A stretch of DNA of 37,120 nucleotides from a virus. Taxonomy: Duplodnaviria; Caudoviricetes. The first letter of the stretch is position 1. Each line of letters opens with the position of its first letter. Below are positions 1-10,200 of the stretch, piece after piece. The stretch lies in the IMG/VR virus record IMGVR_UViG_3300038674_000631, positions 1 through 37,120 of that record; one strand, written 5' to 3'. The position numbers were made by a program, and so were the translations under genes. The notes beneath the pieces were generated by a model. It had not been told where the DNA came from, ran no database searches, and saw only the letters and a list, made by a program, of their open reading frames with translations.

Positions 1-2
1 GC

Positions 3-500
3 AGCTGGGGAACGCGCATCCGGGTTCTTTTTCCTCCGGGAGAAAAGCTCATGCTCGAACACCAGGCACTGGTCAGACAGCAGAAGCAGCTTCGGGAACA
101 ACAAAAAATGGCGATAATCAATAATGATAAAACCCTTAAAATGCTTAAGGAACAGCGGATAAATTTTTCTGCCAGTGTTGTCAGAATGATGCTCAGTTCT
201 TTTATTGGCTGGCAGGGCAATATTGCTGACCAGCCTGCGGATGCGCTTGGGAAACAATCGCTGTCGACCGGCATATTTGATTTGCCACGGTCACTTCTTT
301 ATTGGCAGACAAACGCTGCCAGCGATCCTGATCTTTTAAGAAACCAGAAAAATGCCATTGTCCAGCTCGAAATCTATGAACGTTTTTGGGCAGAACTTCG
401 TGATAAGAGCCTTGCCGAACTTGAGACTGCCGGTGATCCGGTTTTTGATCAGGATATGGAGAAATTTGTAGCTCTATACGAGGCGCTCGACGCGATCTAG
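3..500 (+). CDS. Host hypothetical protein, 5'-truncated by the window edge
   Basis: The frame of ORF 51..500 is open back to position 3 with no stop; no recognisable motif. Confidence 0.55.
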   Translation, partial: SWGTRIRVLFPPGEKLMLEHQALVRQQKQLREQQKMAIINNDKTLKMLKEQRINFSASVVRMMLSSFIGWQGNIADQPADALGKQSLSTGIFDLPRSLLYWQTNAASDPDLLRNQKNAIVQLEIYERFWAELRDKSLAELETAGDPVFDQDMEKFVALYEALDAI

Positions 501-769
501 TTTAGAATTTGATTTATATTGCATTGCAATAATGCGCGTGCGATGCAGTGTTCTAAATGCAATAAACATGCAATGATCGCTGATGTCAGCTGGTTTTTAG
601 CAGGGCTTCCCTTCCTGGGTTAATACCTTAACCGGAATTTTTTGTCGTTGCAGCAAAAAAAGATGGGTTGTTATTTTTCTGTTACGAAACGATATGCTGG
701 TTTGCTGCGACTTTGAAGAAGTTTTGATTGTCTTGCGGATAATTCTGTTAAATAAAAAAATATTTTTTC

Positions 770-798
770 TTGACACATTGCAGCAAAAATGGCATTAT
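770..798 (+). promoter_or_regulatory. Sigma70-like promoter of the phasin-like gene
   Basis: TTGACA (770-775), 17 bp spacer, TGn-CATTAT (793-798). The spacer contains TTGCAGCAAAAA, also present at 648-659. Confidence 0.5.
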
Positions 799-849
799 TG
801 TTTTTGCAGGACGACAAAATTTATTAAAAATTTTAACAGGAGAAAAAAA

Positions 850-1176
850 ATGAACAACAATATGAATAAATGGATGGAATTTTCAACCGAGTATGCCAAG
901 CTGATGAACGAAAATTTTCAGGTCATGAACAAGTTCTGGAACGCCTCAATGGAACAGACCAGCGGATTCACCAGAAAGAACATGGAAATGTTTTTTGAAC
1001 ACATGAATCGCAACGCTGAACTCATGCATGAAATGCATCAGACAGCCATAAATTCAAATGATGAAATCAAGGCAATCTTCAAGCAGAATATCGAAAAATT
1101 CAACACTCGCTATCAGAAGATTTATGAAGAAACCATGAAAAGCATTATGCCCAAAACCATGGAAGCCGGCAAATAA
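850..1176 (+). CDS. Phasin-like (PHA granule-associated) helical protein, host gene
   Basis: ATG at 850 after an AGGAG SD; 108 aa, all-helical amphipathic, Met/Glu/Asn-rich; TGC-rich upstream region; own terminator. Confidence 0.5.
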   Translation: MNNNMNKWMEFSTEYAKLMNENFQVMNKFWNASMEQTSGFTRKNMEMFFEHMNRNAELMHEMHQTAINSNDEIKAIFKQNIEKFNTRYQKIYEETMKSIMPKTMEAGK

Positions 1177-1192
1177 GTCTGGCTGCATACAG

Positions 1193-1231
1193 GCAAAACC
1201 CGAAGCTGTCCGGCTTCGGGTTTTGCTTTTT
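1193..1231 (+). terminator. Rho-independent terminator
   Basis: 14-bp stem GCAAAACCCGAAGC / GCTTCGGGTTTTGC, 6-nt loop, then a T tract. Confidence 0.85.
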
Positions 1232-1473
1232 GGGTTTTTTGCTGGTTTGCGGTATTCGGGGTGGTTGAATGTGTTATATATAAAAGTGCGCTCAGACTTT
1301 TGTCTGATGATTCGGCGTGGCATGAACAATATCAATTTGTCTTTGTGGTGAGCTGGAAAAGGATTTTTGGGCGGCGCTGATGATGAAAATAATTTTCAGT
1401 CCGAAATTTTTCGAGTCGGATTATGCCAGTGACTGTGCGGCTGTTCCTGGCAGACTTGATATAACCGGTCAAA

Positions 1474-1556
1474 TGTTTTGACACATTTTTGCGTTTATTT
1501 TGACATTTTTGTAAAAAGACATTTTCTTTTACTGCTTTGGGCAAAGACATTTTTTC
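1474..1556. repeat. Candidate prophage terminus with transposase-binding repeats
   Basis: TGT at 1474, then four (G/C)ACATTTT copies with cores at 1483, 1503, 1519 and 1547, just past the last tail gene. Confidence 0.5.
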
Positions 1557-1620
1557 TTGTCTCCCCACAAGTTTTAATCGTCATTAGCGGGTAACGCTGC
1601 CTTCCGACAACAGAGAATCT

Positions 1621-2097
1621 TTATTTTGCCAATGCTGCTTTTATTTCTTCTACTGATTCGGCGGTATCTATTTTTTCTTGCATCTCGCTATACTTTTGTC
1701 TAATTCCAACTCTTGCCGATTCCAGTTCTGTTGTTGACTTTCCTGGTATTTGCTTGCTAATTGCTTCATCAAAAGGCTCAAAGTCTTTTTCACGCATCAG
1801 TCGTCGTTTATTATGTGCAATTATCTTTGCTTTGTCTAAATCGATAAGTATTTTCATGAGTTTGCCTCGATTTTGTTGATAATGATTAGAAATCATACCG
1901 CCGTAGCCGTCAGGCACCGAAAAATCAGCAGTCCACGCCGCTCTAAATTCCCTGTCTGAAGGGATATCGCTCTCATCGACAAGCAAAAACGGTATTCCGT
2001 CAGGCACATCTTTAGATGCTATTTCAGCTATAGACATGCCGCAATCAGCCGGAATAATTACAGATATTTCATCGAAATGCGGATAAATAATTCTCAT
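1621..2097 (-). CDS. Tail fibre-associated/assembly protein
   Basis: Follows the tail fibre gene; motif IAEIASKDVP-G-PF...DIPSDREFRAAW is typical of fibre-associated small proteins. Confidence 0.65.
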   Translation of the reverse strand: MRIIYPHFDEISVIIPADCGMSIAEIASKDVPDGIPFLLVDESDIPSDREFRAAWTADFSVPDGYGGMISNHYQQNRGKLMKILIDLDKAKIIAHNKRRLMREKDFEPFDEAISKQIPGKSTTELESARVGIRQKYSEMQEKIDTAESVEEIKAALAK

Positions 2098-2109
2098 TTT
2101 TGCGTCCCC

Positions 2110-5100
2110 TTATAGTGTAATCAAAACACTGAGATTGTTATTGTCATAAGCAGCACCGTTTGCAGCAGATCCGGATGCCAATCGTAGCCGAGTAGTTGTT
2201 TTAAGAGTTGGAGATGTGCCATTATCCGAACGAATCCCCATTACGATAGAAACGTTTGTAGGCACACCGTTGAAACTGCCTTCTCCTGTTGTTACTGCAT
2301 AATTGGAACTTGGAAGCGCATTTTCAAAATTTAATGTATAGTCACCGACGCCGTTATCTGTAATGCTTGATATTCCTGCGCTATTAACTATTGAAAGCGT
2401 TCCGATTGCATTAAAATATGCCCAGGCGACAATATCGCCCTCGGATTTCGTGCCATATCTTGTATAGTTCACAGTTCCAGCAGCATCTTCAAGTGTTAAT
2501 GTACCAACAGCATAAATAGCATCAATTACAGTAGCAAAGCCATATCCCCAATCATTGTTGTTTCCAATTACAATAAAAAATCCTGTGGTGCCAGATGTCG
2601 AGGTTTTAAAGCGGACTGTAATTTTTGATGCCACTGGACGGCCAGCAATAATCTTTACGTAACAATCTGACAACCAAGTATTTGCAGCAGCCCTAAGCTG
2701 TATAGACCCGCCGATTTCCATTAACAAGTCACCTATTTGCACTCTAACGCGCGTAGAAACAGAAACCCCCTGCGATAGAGTTCCGAGAGGACCTACATAG
2801 ATTGAAAAATAGCCGGTATAGCTTGATAAACCATGGACTCCGTAATTTTTTGCGCCATTCGTCGGCGACAATATGAAAGCATCACCTGCTACGACTTGTC
2901 CCGCAAAATTTCCGGTTGATCCGCTTATATCCCCACTAAATGCCGCATTGCCGCTGGCATCTATCAACACGGTGCGAGTTGTGTTTTGCCACGCTTCAAT
3001 CCCGGTGCTTGTAAACTTGACACCGCTTGTGCCGCTACCCACGTTCGGGGCTGTTCTGATGTCTTTGCCGATGATTTGATCTGATGTTAGCTTGTTAGTA
3101 GTAATTGCGCCGTCTTTAATTAGTGTTTCCGGCAAGACTTCTTCTATTCTAAAGTCCTGTGCATATACCGCAACCCCGGCAGCAACGTTATAATTAAGAT
3201 CTAGTCCAATTATTACAGATGCAGAACCGGCAGGAGGCGTAACAACAACACTGATTTCTTCCCAGCCGGGAGTAGTTTTTGTTAGCGCTTTCGGCCATTG
3301 CTGACTACCAAGCGTGCCACCAGAATCAGCATATCTCGCGGTTATATAGTTTAGTGTTGTTGTTGAATTGTTTTGATAAATCCATGCTTTAATTCTGTAT
3401 TGTTTAGCGGCATCTATGGGGATTCTCTTTGCTGTAATAGGCCGAATAGAGACGCCGTTTGCAAAGATTATATTGTTCCCGACCTTGCCAACTGTTGTAG
3501 TTGAGAATACGTTTGCGCTCGAACCGCGAGAACTCCATGCCGTGGGGTCTTCAAAATTCGGGTCATCGTTCAGGGCTGCGCCTGCTTTCCCGACCTTTAA
3601 TTTGTCAACCGTTATGCTGCCGCCTTCGTATCTTGCAGCATTTATAAAGCCTGCTGTAAGCTTTGCTGCATTCACATTGTTTATGTGAGCATCGTTTATC
3701 AGCGCGTTAGCGATTTGCGCTGATAAAGTAATCAACTGGCCGGTTGTCACAAGATCCGAAGTAATCCGCCCAAACGCGACATCGCCGGGGAACATGTAAA
3801 GTGATTTGATCTCGGTTGCGGAAAGAGCGCGGGAGTAAATGCGAGGGTCGAAGATTATCCCTTTTGCAAATAAAGTATCTTTGCTATATCTAACCCCCAT
3901 AGTTACGGTCGAACCAAGAGATGCTACCGCGGACGAAACCTCTCCACCATTAATCCCATTTTTATAAACGGTTATTTTTGATCCATCAAATACGAAGGAA
4001 AGAAGGGCCAACTCCCCGATAGATAAAGTTACTCCGGGAAGCTTCTCAGATACGTCATAGATTTTCAGATTATTACTATTTTTAGATCTGTAGATTGCCA
4101 ATCTGGGGCTATACGCATCAAATAAAACCTGTGAGTCGCCTGTAGTCTCAGCTGTAAGATTAACCCAGAAAGACAGGGTCATTGCGCCCCCAGAGCCAAC
4201 AGAAACGCCGCTTAAATCGATATAATCGTTGCTTCCGTCAAATTGAAAGGCTTTACCAACCTCCGAATCAACTACAGCAACTCCGCCATAGGCGCGGCCA
4301 TGATTACCGTTTCCCGAAACATCTTTGACGCCGCTTGCTTCTGCGATACTCGCAGTCGTGCAGTTTTTTGCAGACCACGACGCAACTGAACCGATGGCCT
4401 GCCTGATCGCTTCTGGGCTGACATCGTTGTTTAAAATCATGCTGATTGTCAGCGGCCCGAAAGCATCACTGAAAACTGAAGGATTGCCCCAAGTATCAAC
4501 AGCTTTTGCCCAGTAATAATAGGATGAACCGTATTCGGTTTCTAAATCGACAGTCTTTGCTATGCCTTTTGTGCTTTCAACATAGCCGATCTTTGTAGCT
4601 GTGCCACTGTTGTTGCTGGTATTGCGATATATCTCAAACCCGGCCATGTCTGACGGCACTGAGGCAAGCGATAGGTTTATTGATACATTTTTGAGACTGC
4701 TGGTTGCAGAGATAGATGGCTTACCTGGTGGAATATCATCGCCCTGCACAGTAATTGTGCCGGTGATAAAATCGCTTTTGCCAGTCGGGGACATCATTCT
4801 GATTCGCACGGCATAGGGCTGACCGGCTTTGACCGGGGCGATTTCGAAACTGCCGCCCTGCAACATGCCGTGATCATTCCATTCAAGAATGGGCAAAATC
4901 CCTTGAGCGTATTCGACGCTTGCTGCAAGATAGCCGCCGACTGGCGGCGTGAATCTGCCGATTAAAACGACATGATTTGTGCTGCCGGGCGAGGACCGGA
5001 CTTCCGATGATAACGTCAAGCCGGAGGCCTGGCCAGGGTTGATCGCCGACGAAATTGGAACGTCTTTTGTCCAGGCAATTGTTGTGCCGGGTGTGCCACT

Positions 5101-6537
5101 CACAAAATCATCAACACTGTAACGTTCGGCTTCGATCACATGCACAAAATCGGTAATCTGAATGCGAACGATCTGGAAAAGACCGGTGATTGAATGAGCC
5201 GGATGATTGACTGTAATGACCTGGCCGTCCGCTGCATCGTCTGGTAGTTCGAGCGTCTCAAACTGCACTTTCCATGCCGCTGTCTGGCTTTTCTGGCAGG
5301 TGTAATCGAGAATCGCTTTGGCAGTAGCAGCATCACGCAGCAAATAGCTCTGGCCAGTAAATTTCTGTTCATCGATTTTTGCTATGCTTTGTGCATTTTC
5401 GTATGTATCAGACTGCATGAAAATGCCTGTAATCGGGTTATAAGAGTATTCAAGGCGACCCTTGTTGTAAACCCGGCCAACATAAGCACCTTTGCCATAC
5501 TGCAAAAGCTTGATGTTTGAAAGCGCCGGGGAATAAGTCTTTACCGATGATGCCGGAGCATCAACAAACAGGTTTCTTTTGCCGTTTTTGCTGATCCGGT
5601 ATCGGCCACGAATAGCATTGCAGATTTGATCGATCCAGCTCATAGCATGCTGCCGGAAATAAAGAATGCCGTCCATCTTCAGGCCTGCGGCATCAACTTT
5701 GGCAATGCTGGCAGCAAAAGAATCAAGATCAATGTCAGATTCGCTGACTCCAAGTCCCCAAGCGTTTGTGCCGCTTTTTGCTGTTTTCAAAAACCACAGC
5801 AAAAATCTGGCACCATTGCGGCACTCTTCCAGAGTGTGGCTGCCGAGCTTCAAGCCAACTATCTCAGCGCTGATCGCGGCATAAGAGCCGTCATCATTTT
5901 TGCGTTTCGCAGGGTCAGTGATTTGCACAAAACAAAAGCCAGGATGCTGACCCTGGTCTGCCGTGCCGGTATAAGCAACAAAGCCTTCCGTTAACTCATC
6001 TGTGCCGCTGTAGACTTTGACTACCTGCCTGATTTCGCCGACGCAGAGCAGATAGATCCCATTGATTTTGTCATACAAAATGCCCTTGACCAGAATCGGA
6101 TCAGCAACGGTCCCGCCGACAACCAGCGGCAAGGTCACATCAATAGCGGATTGATGCGTTGATTCGCTTACCGTAAACAGGTGAACTACTTCATCAGGCA
6201 CCATTTCAAGCAGCTCAGGAGCTGTTTTTTCAGTAGCTGTGACATACAAAACCCCGGCCATGTCATATTCAAAGCCAGTTATCTGTCCCGCCCAGGTTTG
6301 ACTCATCCCTTCAACAGTTACAAATGCACCCCACAAATCGAGTTCACGCGGGATAAACCAATCATTATTTCTGATGTTGATTGGCAGCGTGACTGGCGTA
6401 TAACCGGCCCTGCTGAAAGTGCGGACCAGGCTGACAGAATTCAGCAGGCGCTCTTCAAAACAACCAATGCCGTCAACATTTTCTGCAGTGCCGGCAACTC
6501 TGTAAACACTGGACTCAACTTGAATTGTAACTCTCAT
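2110..6537 (-). CDS. Tail tip / central fibre host-specificity protein (Tal-like hub, FN3-like, LamG-like, CBM-like, fibre C-terminus)
   Basis: 1475 aa after TMP and Dit. FN3-like FEIYR...YYYWAKAVDTWGN; LamG-like KDVSGNGNHG...FDGSNDY...IYSRALSATEI; C-terminal AWAYFN...SSITDNGVGDYTLNF. Confidence 0.8.
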   Translation of the reverse strand: MRVTIQVESSVYRVAGTAENVDGIGCFEERLLNSVSLVRTFSRAGYTPVTLPINIRNNDWFIPRELDLWGAFVTVEGMSQTWAGQITGFEYDMAGVLYVTATEKTAPELLEMVPDEVVHLFTVSESTHQSAIDVTLPLVVGGTVADPILVKGILYDKINGIYLLCVGEIRQVVKVYSGTDELTEGFVAYTGTADQGQHPGFCFVQITDPAKRKNDDGSYAAISAEIVGLKLGSHTLEECRNGARFLLWFLKTAKSGTNAWGLGVSESDIDLDSFAASIAKVDAAGLKMDGILYFRQHAMSWIDQICNAIRGRYRISKNGKRNLFVDAPASSVKTYSPALSNIKLLQYGKGAYVGRVYNKGRLEYSYNPITGIFMQSDTYENAQSIAKIDEQKFTGQSYLLRDAATAKAILDYTCQKSQTAAWKVQFETLELPDDAADGQVITVNHPAHSITGLFQIVRIQITDFVHVIEAERYSVDDFVSGTPGTTIAWTKDVPISSAINPGQASGLTLSSEVRSSPGSTNHVVLIGRFTPPVGGYLAASVEYAQGILPILEWNDHGMLQGGSFEIAPVKAGQPYAVRIRMMSPTGKSDFITGTITVQGDDIPPGKPSISATSSLKNVSINLSLASVPSDMAGFEIYRNTSNNSGTATKIGYVESTKGIAKTVDLETEYGSSYYYWAKAVDTWGNPSVFSDAFGPLTISMILNNDVSPEAIRQAIGSVASWSAKNCTTASIAEASGVKDVSGNGNHGRAYGGVAVVDSEVGKAFQFDGSNDYIDLSGVSVGSGGAMTLSFWVNLTAETTGDSQVLFDAYSPRLAIYRSKNSNNLKIYDVSEKLPGVTLSIGELALLSFVFDGSKITVYKNGINGGEVSSAVASLGSTVTMGVRYSKDTLFAKGIIFDPRIYSRALSATEIKSLYMFPGDVAFGRITSDLVTTGQLITLSAQIANALINDAHINNVNAAKLTAGFINAARYEGGSITVDKLKVGKAGAALNDDPNFEDPTAWSSRGSSANVFSTTTVGKVGNNIIFANGVSIRPITAKRIPIDAAKQYRIKAWIYQNNSTTTLNYITARYADSGGTLGSQQWPKALTKTTPGWEEISVVVTPPAGSASVIIGLDLNYNVAAGVAVYAQDFRIEEVLPETLIKDGAITTNKLTSDQIIGKDIRTAPNVGSGTSGVKFTSTGIEAWQNTTRTVLIDASGNAAFSGDISGSTGNFAGQVVAGDAFILSPTNGAKNYGVHGLSSYTGYFSIYVGPLGTLSQGVSVSTRVRVQIGDLLMEIGGSIQLRAAANTWLSDCYVKIIAGRPVASKITVRFKTSTSGTTGFFIVIGNNNDWGYGFATVIDAIYAVGTLTLEDAAGTVNYTRYGTKSEGDIVAWAYFNAIGTLSIVNSAGISSITDNGVGDYTLNFENALPSSNYAVTTGEGSFNGVPTNVSIVMGIRSDNGTSPTLKTTTRLRLASGSAANGAAYDNNNLSVLITL

Positions 6538-7268
6538 ACGAGCTCCTGCAGCGTATAGTCGAAATCGACTTTGATTGGGCTGTAAACGCGTGGTTTGCGT
6601 GCTCTGGGCCGATAAACAAGGAAAGAGTCGGCGACGTTATCACAAAGCTGACTGTAAACAACACCGACTTCCCAGCCTTTCAAAACAGGCGCGGCATCAT
6701 ATTCTGCTTTGGTTATGCCAAGCATCGATGATGCGATAATGTGCCTGCCTCGGCCTTTTGATTGTTCCACGTAGCCGCCGCCATCAGGTTCCCAGATGTT
6801 GGCATCTTCTTTTACAGCCGGTTCCCAGGTCGATGCATAAAGATAGACTGACTTGCCGATAATGATGTTCGACAGCTGTGGCAGCGTGCCATTCAGCAAG
6901 GTCTGTACCGGAATAAGTATGCTGACATAACGATATGGCACCGCTGAAAGATTAAAAAAGCCTTTCACAATGCTAATATCATCAGCTGCCAGAGTCACCG
7001 GGATAGACACCGCAGGAGCAGACCAGCTGTTTGCTGAATTTGCCTGGATAGTTGCGTTTAAAAAATTCGCGCCATTGATCCACATTTCATCAACGTTTTT
7101 TGCAGACCCCAGATCGGCGGTTATTCTGATGTCTGCAGCAAATGATGATGCCTTCCAGATCAAGCTGTATGGGTATTTAAGCAGATTCGATACCGGAAAC
7201 TCTGCAGCCGCACTTGTAGCAGTCAGAGTTGATATGACTGACATGTTTTTATCAGTAAGAAGTCTCAT
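6534..7268 (-). CDS. Distal tail (Dit-like) protein
   Basis: Lies between tape measure and tail tip; ATG at 7268 overlaps the TMP stop (ATGA); discoidin-like N-terminus (ADLGSAKNVD). Confidence 0.6.
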   Translation of the reverse strand: MRLLTDKNMSVISTLTATSAAAEFPVSNLLKYPYSLIWKASSFAADIRITADLGSAKNVDEMWINGANFLNATIQANSANSWSAPAVSIPVTLAADDISIVKGFFNLSAVPYRYVSILIPVQTLLNGTLPQLSNIIIGKSVYLYASTWEPAVKEDANIWEPDGGGYVEQSKGRGRHIIASSMLGITKAEYDAAPVLKGWEVGVVYSQLCDNVADSFLVYRPRARKPRVYSPIKVDFDYTLQELV

Positions 7269-10200
7269 GTCATGCTCCCCCATTTCGCTTTTGCGACTTC
7301 GGCTTGTCGTTTTTTTTGCAAAATTGCAGTCACTTCAGGATTGTCTGCAAACTCTTCAAGCAATGCATCAATAGCAACAATGGCATCGTTGTCAGAAAGA
7401 ATAATCATCTTGTTTCCGCGTTTATCAAGTTCACCGATCGCGGAAAGCGCAGTCTCGATTTGTGCGTTGCGCTGACTTTCGAGCTTTTGTTTTTCAATTG
7501 CGGCTAATTCTTGCTCTTTCTGCAAGATTGCATCTTTTGTCTGCAGCAATGCGTTTTGCGCAGTCTGAAAGCGCTCAAAAGCCGCGTTTTGCTCTTCGAT
7601 TGTTTTGCTGGCGTCGAGTGCTTCCTGCTCAGCGTCTTTCCAGATTTGCTCGTAAACAGCAAGGGCTTTTTCCAGATTCGATAATTCGGCTTTTCCGGCA
7701 TCGTAAAGCTTTGCCGGATCAGAGCCGGCATCAGCATACATCCTAGCGATGTTCATGTCTGTTATGCCTGCCTGTTTCAGCAGTGGCAGCAGCGCTTGTA
7801 TAGACCCCGACGAGTCTGACAATGATTTGTCGCCGAGCATTTGCGACAAAATGTCTGATGTTGTTAAGCTGCCCAGCGTAGCGTTTGATAAAAAAGGTGA
7901 CATCAAGTTCGTTCTTCCGGCCTCTTTCGCTGCAACAAGGTCTATTTTTGCTTGTTCGTAAGCTTTAAGCACAGATGTTCTGTCTGCTTCGCTGTATTTA
8001 TAGTCTTGCCCTTCCTGTATTTTTGCTTCAAGTGCATCAATTTGTTGCTGGTATGTCGCAATCTGATTTGTATACATGCTTATTCCGCCTATATTCCACG
8101 GATTGCGATTATAATTTGAGGGAGCTTGTTTGCCTGCCAATTCTGCGTTCTGCCGTGCAATAACGATATTGTTTTCGATCGCGGCCTGTTGATTGCGCAA
8201 ATCTGCAATTTCACTTTCACTCAGATTTTTTGCAAAAGTAGCATTATAAGCAGACTCGGCATCAGCGGCCGAAAGCTGCAAAGCTTTGACGCTATCAGTG
8301 CGATTAAGTTGCCACAAGTCGTATGATCTGCGCGTCTGCTCGCCCATAACTGATTCCTGCAGCTTTTTTATGTTGTCAATGCTTGCCTGTGCCTGATTAC
8401 TTCCTTCAAGCAAGTAAGTCGTTGTTTTCTTGCTTGTAATACCGTTGCCGGATTTGGTTTTTCTGACCCATGCGTAATAGAATTCTGCTTCGTCAAGCAA
8501 GCGGCGCGTAGTTTCGCTTATACCGGCTTGTATATACAGCTGATCACGTAATTCTTTTGCTTGTGTCACCTGGTCATTGAGCGATGCTGATGTGTTAATA
8601 TGTTCTTCGCCATGCACAACGCTGCCGCCGAACAATCTGCCAGGGGAACTCAGAAAAGAAAAAGCAGCGCCGATTGCAAGATTTTGTCCGAGCGCACCAT
8701 AATTAAGCTTGTTATCTTTGCCATAAACAGGCTTGAACAAGCCACCGAGAATTTTGTTATCGCTGGCCAGAGCGCCGGTATTTTTTTTGCTAAAAACAGA
8801 CTGTATTGTATCTGTCAATATTCCACTGACAACGCCAGAGATTCCACTACCAAGGTTAGTTAAAAAGCCTGAAAAATCAGCGCGTCTGAATCCGTCCGAA
8901 ACAGCAGAAGCAACTGCATCTGCGAATGGGTTCTCAACTTCTTTCGCGGCTTTTTGCGATGTTTCCTTTGTTACATCTATAAATTTATTCGTGAAATCAG
9001 TTGTCAGTAAACCACCAGAGAAAATATTAGACATGCTTGCAGTCATTGATGCGGCAAACCGCTGATCTGTGAGTTCGAACGGGTTTAGCTTGTTAATATT
9101 TTCAGAAAAATCAAAGGTTGAGAAATTCTTGAAAACCTCAAGAACCTCTTCGATAGCATCTTTATTAGATGCTAACTCGGCCATTTCATCGTTGAACTTT
9201 TTAAGTTCAGGCGGGATATCTTTAACAGTGCCATAAAATTCTGTCAAAACCTTGTTAACCTGCTCGCCGTCTTTTATTGCGAGAAATGATTGAGAAAATT
9301 CATATACTTCCGAAGTTGTCTGCTTAAGACCACCAGCAGCATAAGACATATCAAGGAGCAGTTTATAAGCTTCTTTCATGCTTGATATTGATTTCACATC
9401 AACACCAAATGTCTTCAGGGCCGTGCCGTCTGGCATGGTATAGCTCTTGTTATCCTGTTTACTAGATGGAGTAACATTTACACCAAAGACGCTATAAGCC
9501 GATGCTGAGTCCTCAAAAATTTTGGATATTTTTTTCTCTTGGTCGTTAATCTGCTTGATGTAATTGTTTCGAGCATCTTCAGCTTTTTTAATGCGCTTTT
9601 TTCGATCTTCTTCAGATTCTATGGCTGCAGGATTAAAGCCAGGAATCATCATTTTTGCAAATGCATCCGCCTGATTTTTAAGGTTTTTTTCGGTGGTTTC
9701 AATAACAGCCTTTGAACGTCGATTTAACTCAGCGTTAATTTGCTCCACTTTTTTTTCTGCGACCAGCATATTCTGCTCAAAGAAAGCGTTTTGCATTTCT
9801 TTGCCGACTTTTTCAGTTACACCCAACGACGACGATTGCCGAAAGCTGTTGGCAGGGGAATCTACTTCCCCGAGAGTTTTAGCAAAGCCTGATTTATATT
9901 CATCGTATAATTTTTTGCGGTCTGACAAAGCCTCTAAAAGCTCGGCCTCTGTCATATTTTTTATTGGGTTTTCTTTGCCGATGTTTAAAATGTATGTGAA
10001 TAAGTCGTCAAACGATTTCAAAAGGCCGGCAGCCTTGTCCATACCAATTGCCAAAACCACATTGATTGGCTCAAAAACATTCGTAACCAATTCGCCACCA
10101 GATGTTTTAAGGTTTGTCCAACTGGTTTCAAGCCGACGAAAAGAATCTGCTGAAGAATCGGTCATGCCTCCCATGTCTTCAAACTCTGCATTACCTTCTT

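Noticed and set aside
694-849. N-terminal extension of the 160-aa ORF
   Set aside because: It covers AT-rich promoter sequence; the SD supports ATG 850.
1054-1568. Minus-strand ORFs 1054..1335 and 1332..1568
   Set aside because: They cross a terminator and the candidate prophage end repeats, and do not look protein-like.
1621-6537. Gin-type invertible segment, mom/com, or a diversity-generating retroelement at the tail end
   Set aside because: No recombinase, reverse transcriptase, second fibre copy or template/variable repeat pair was seen.
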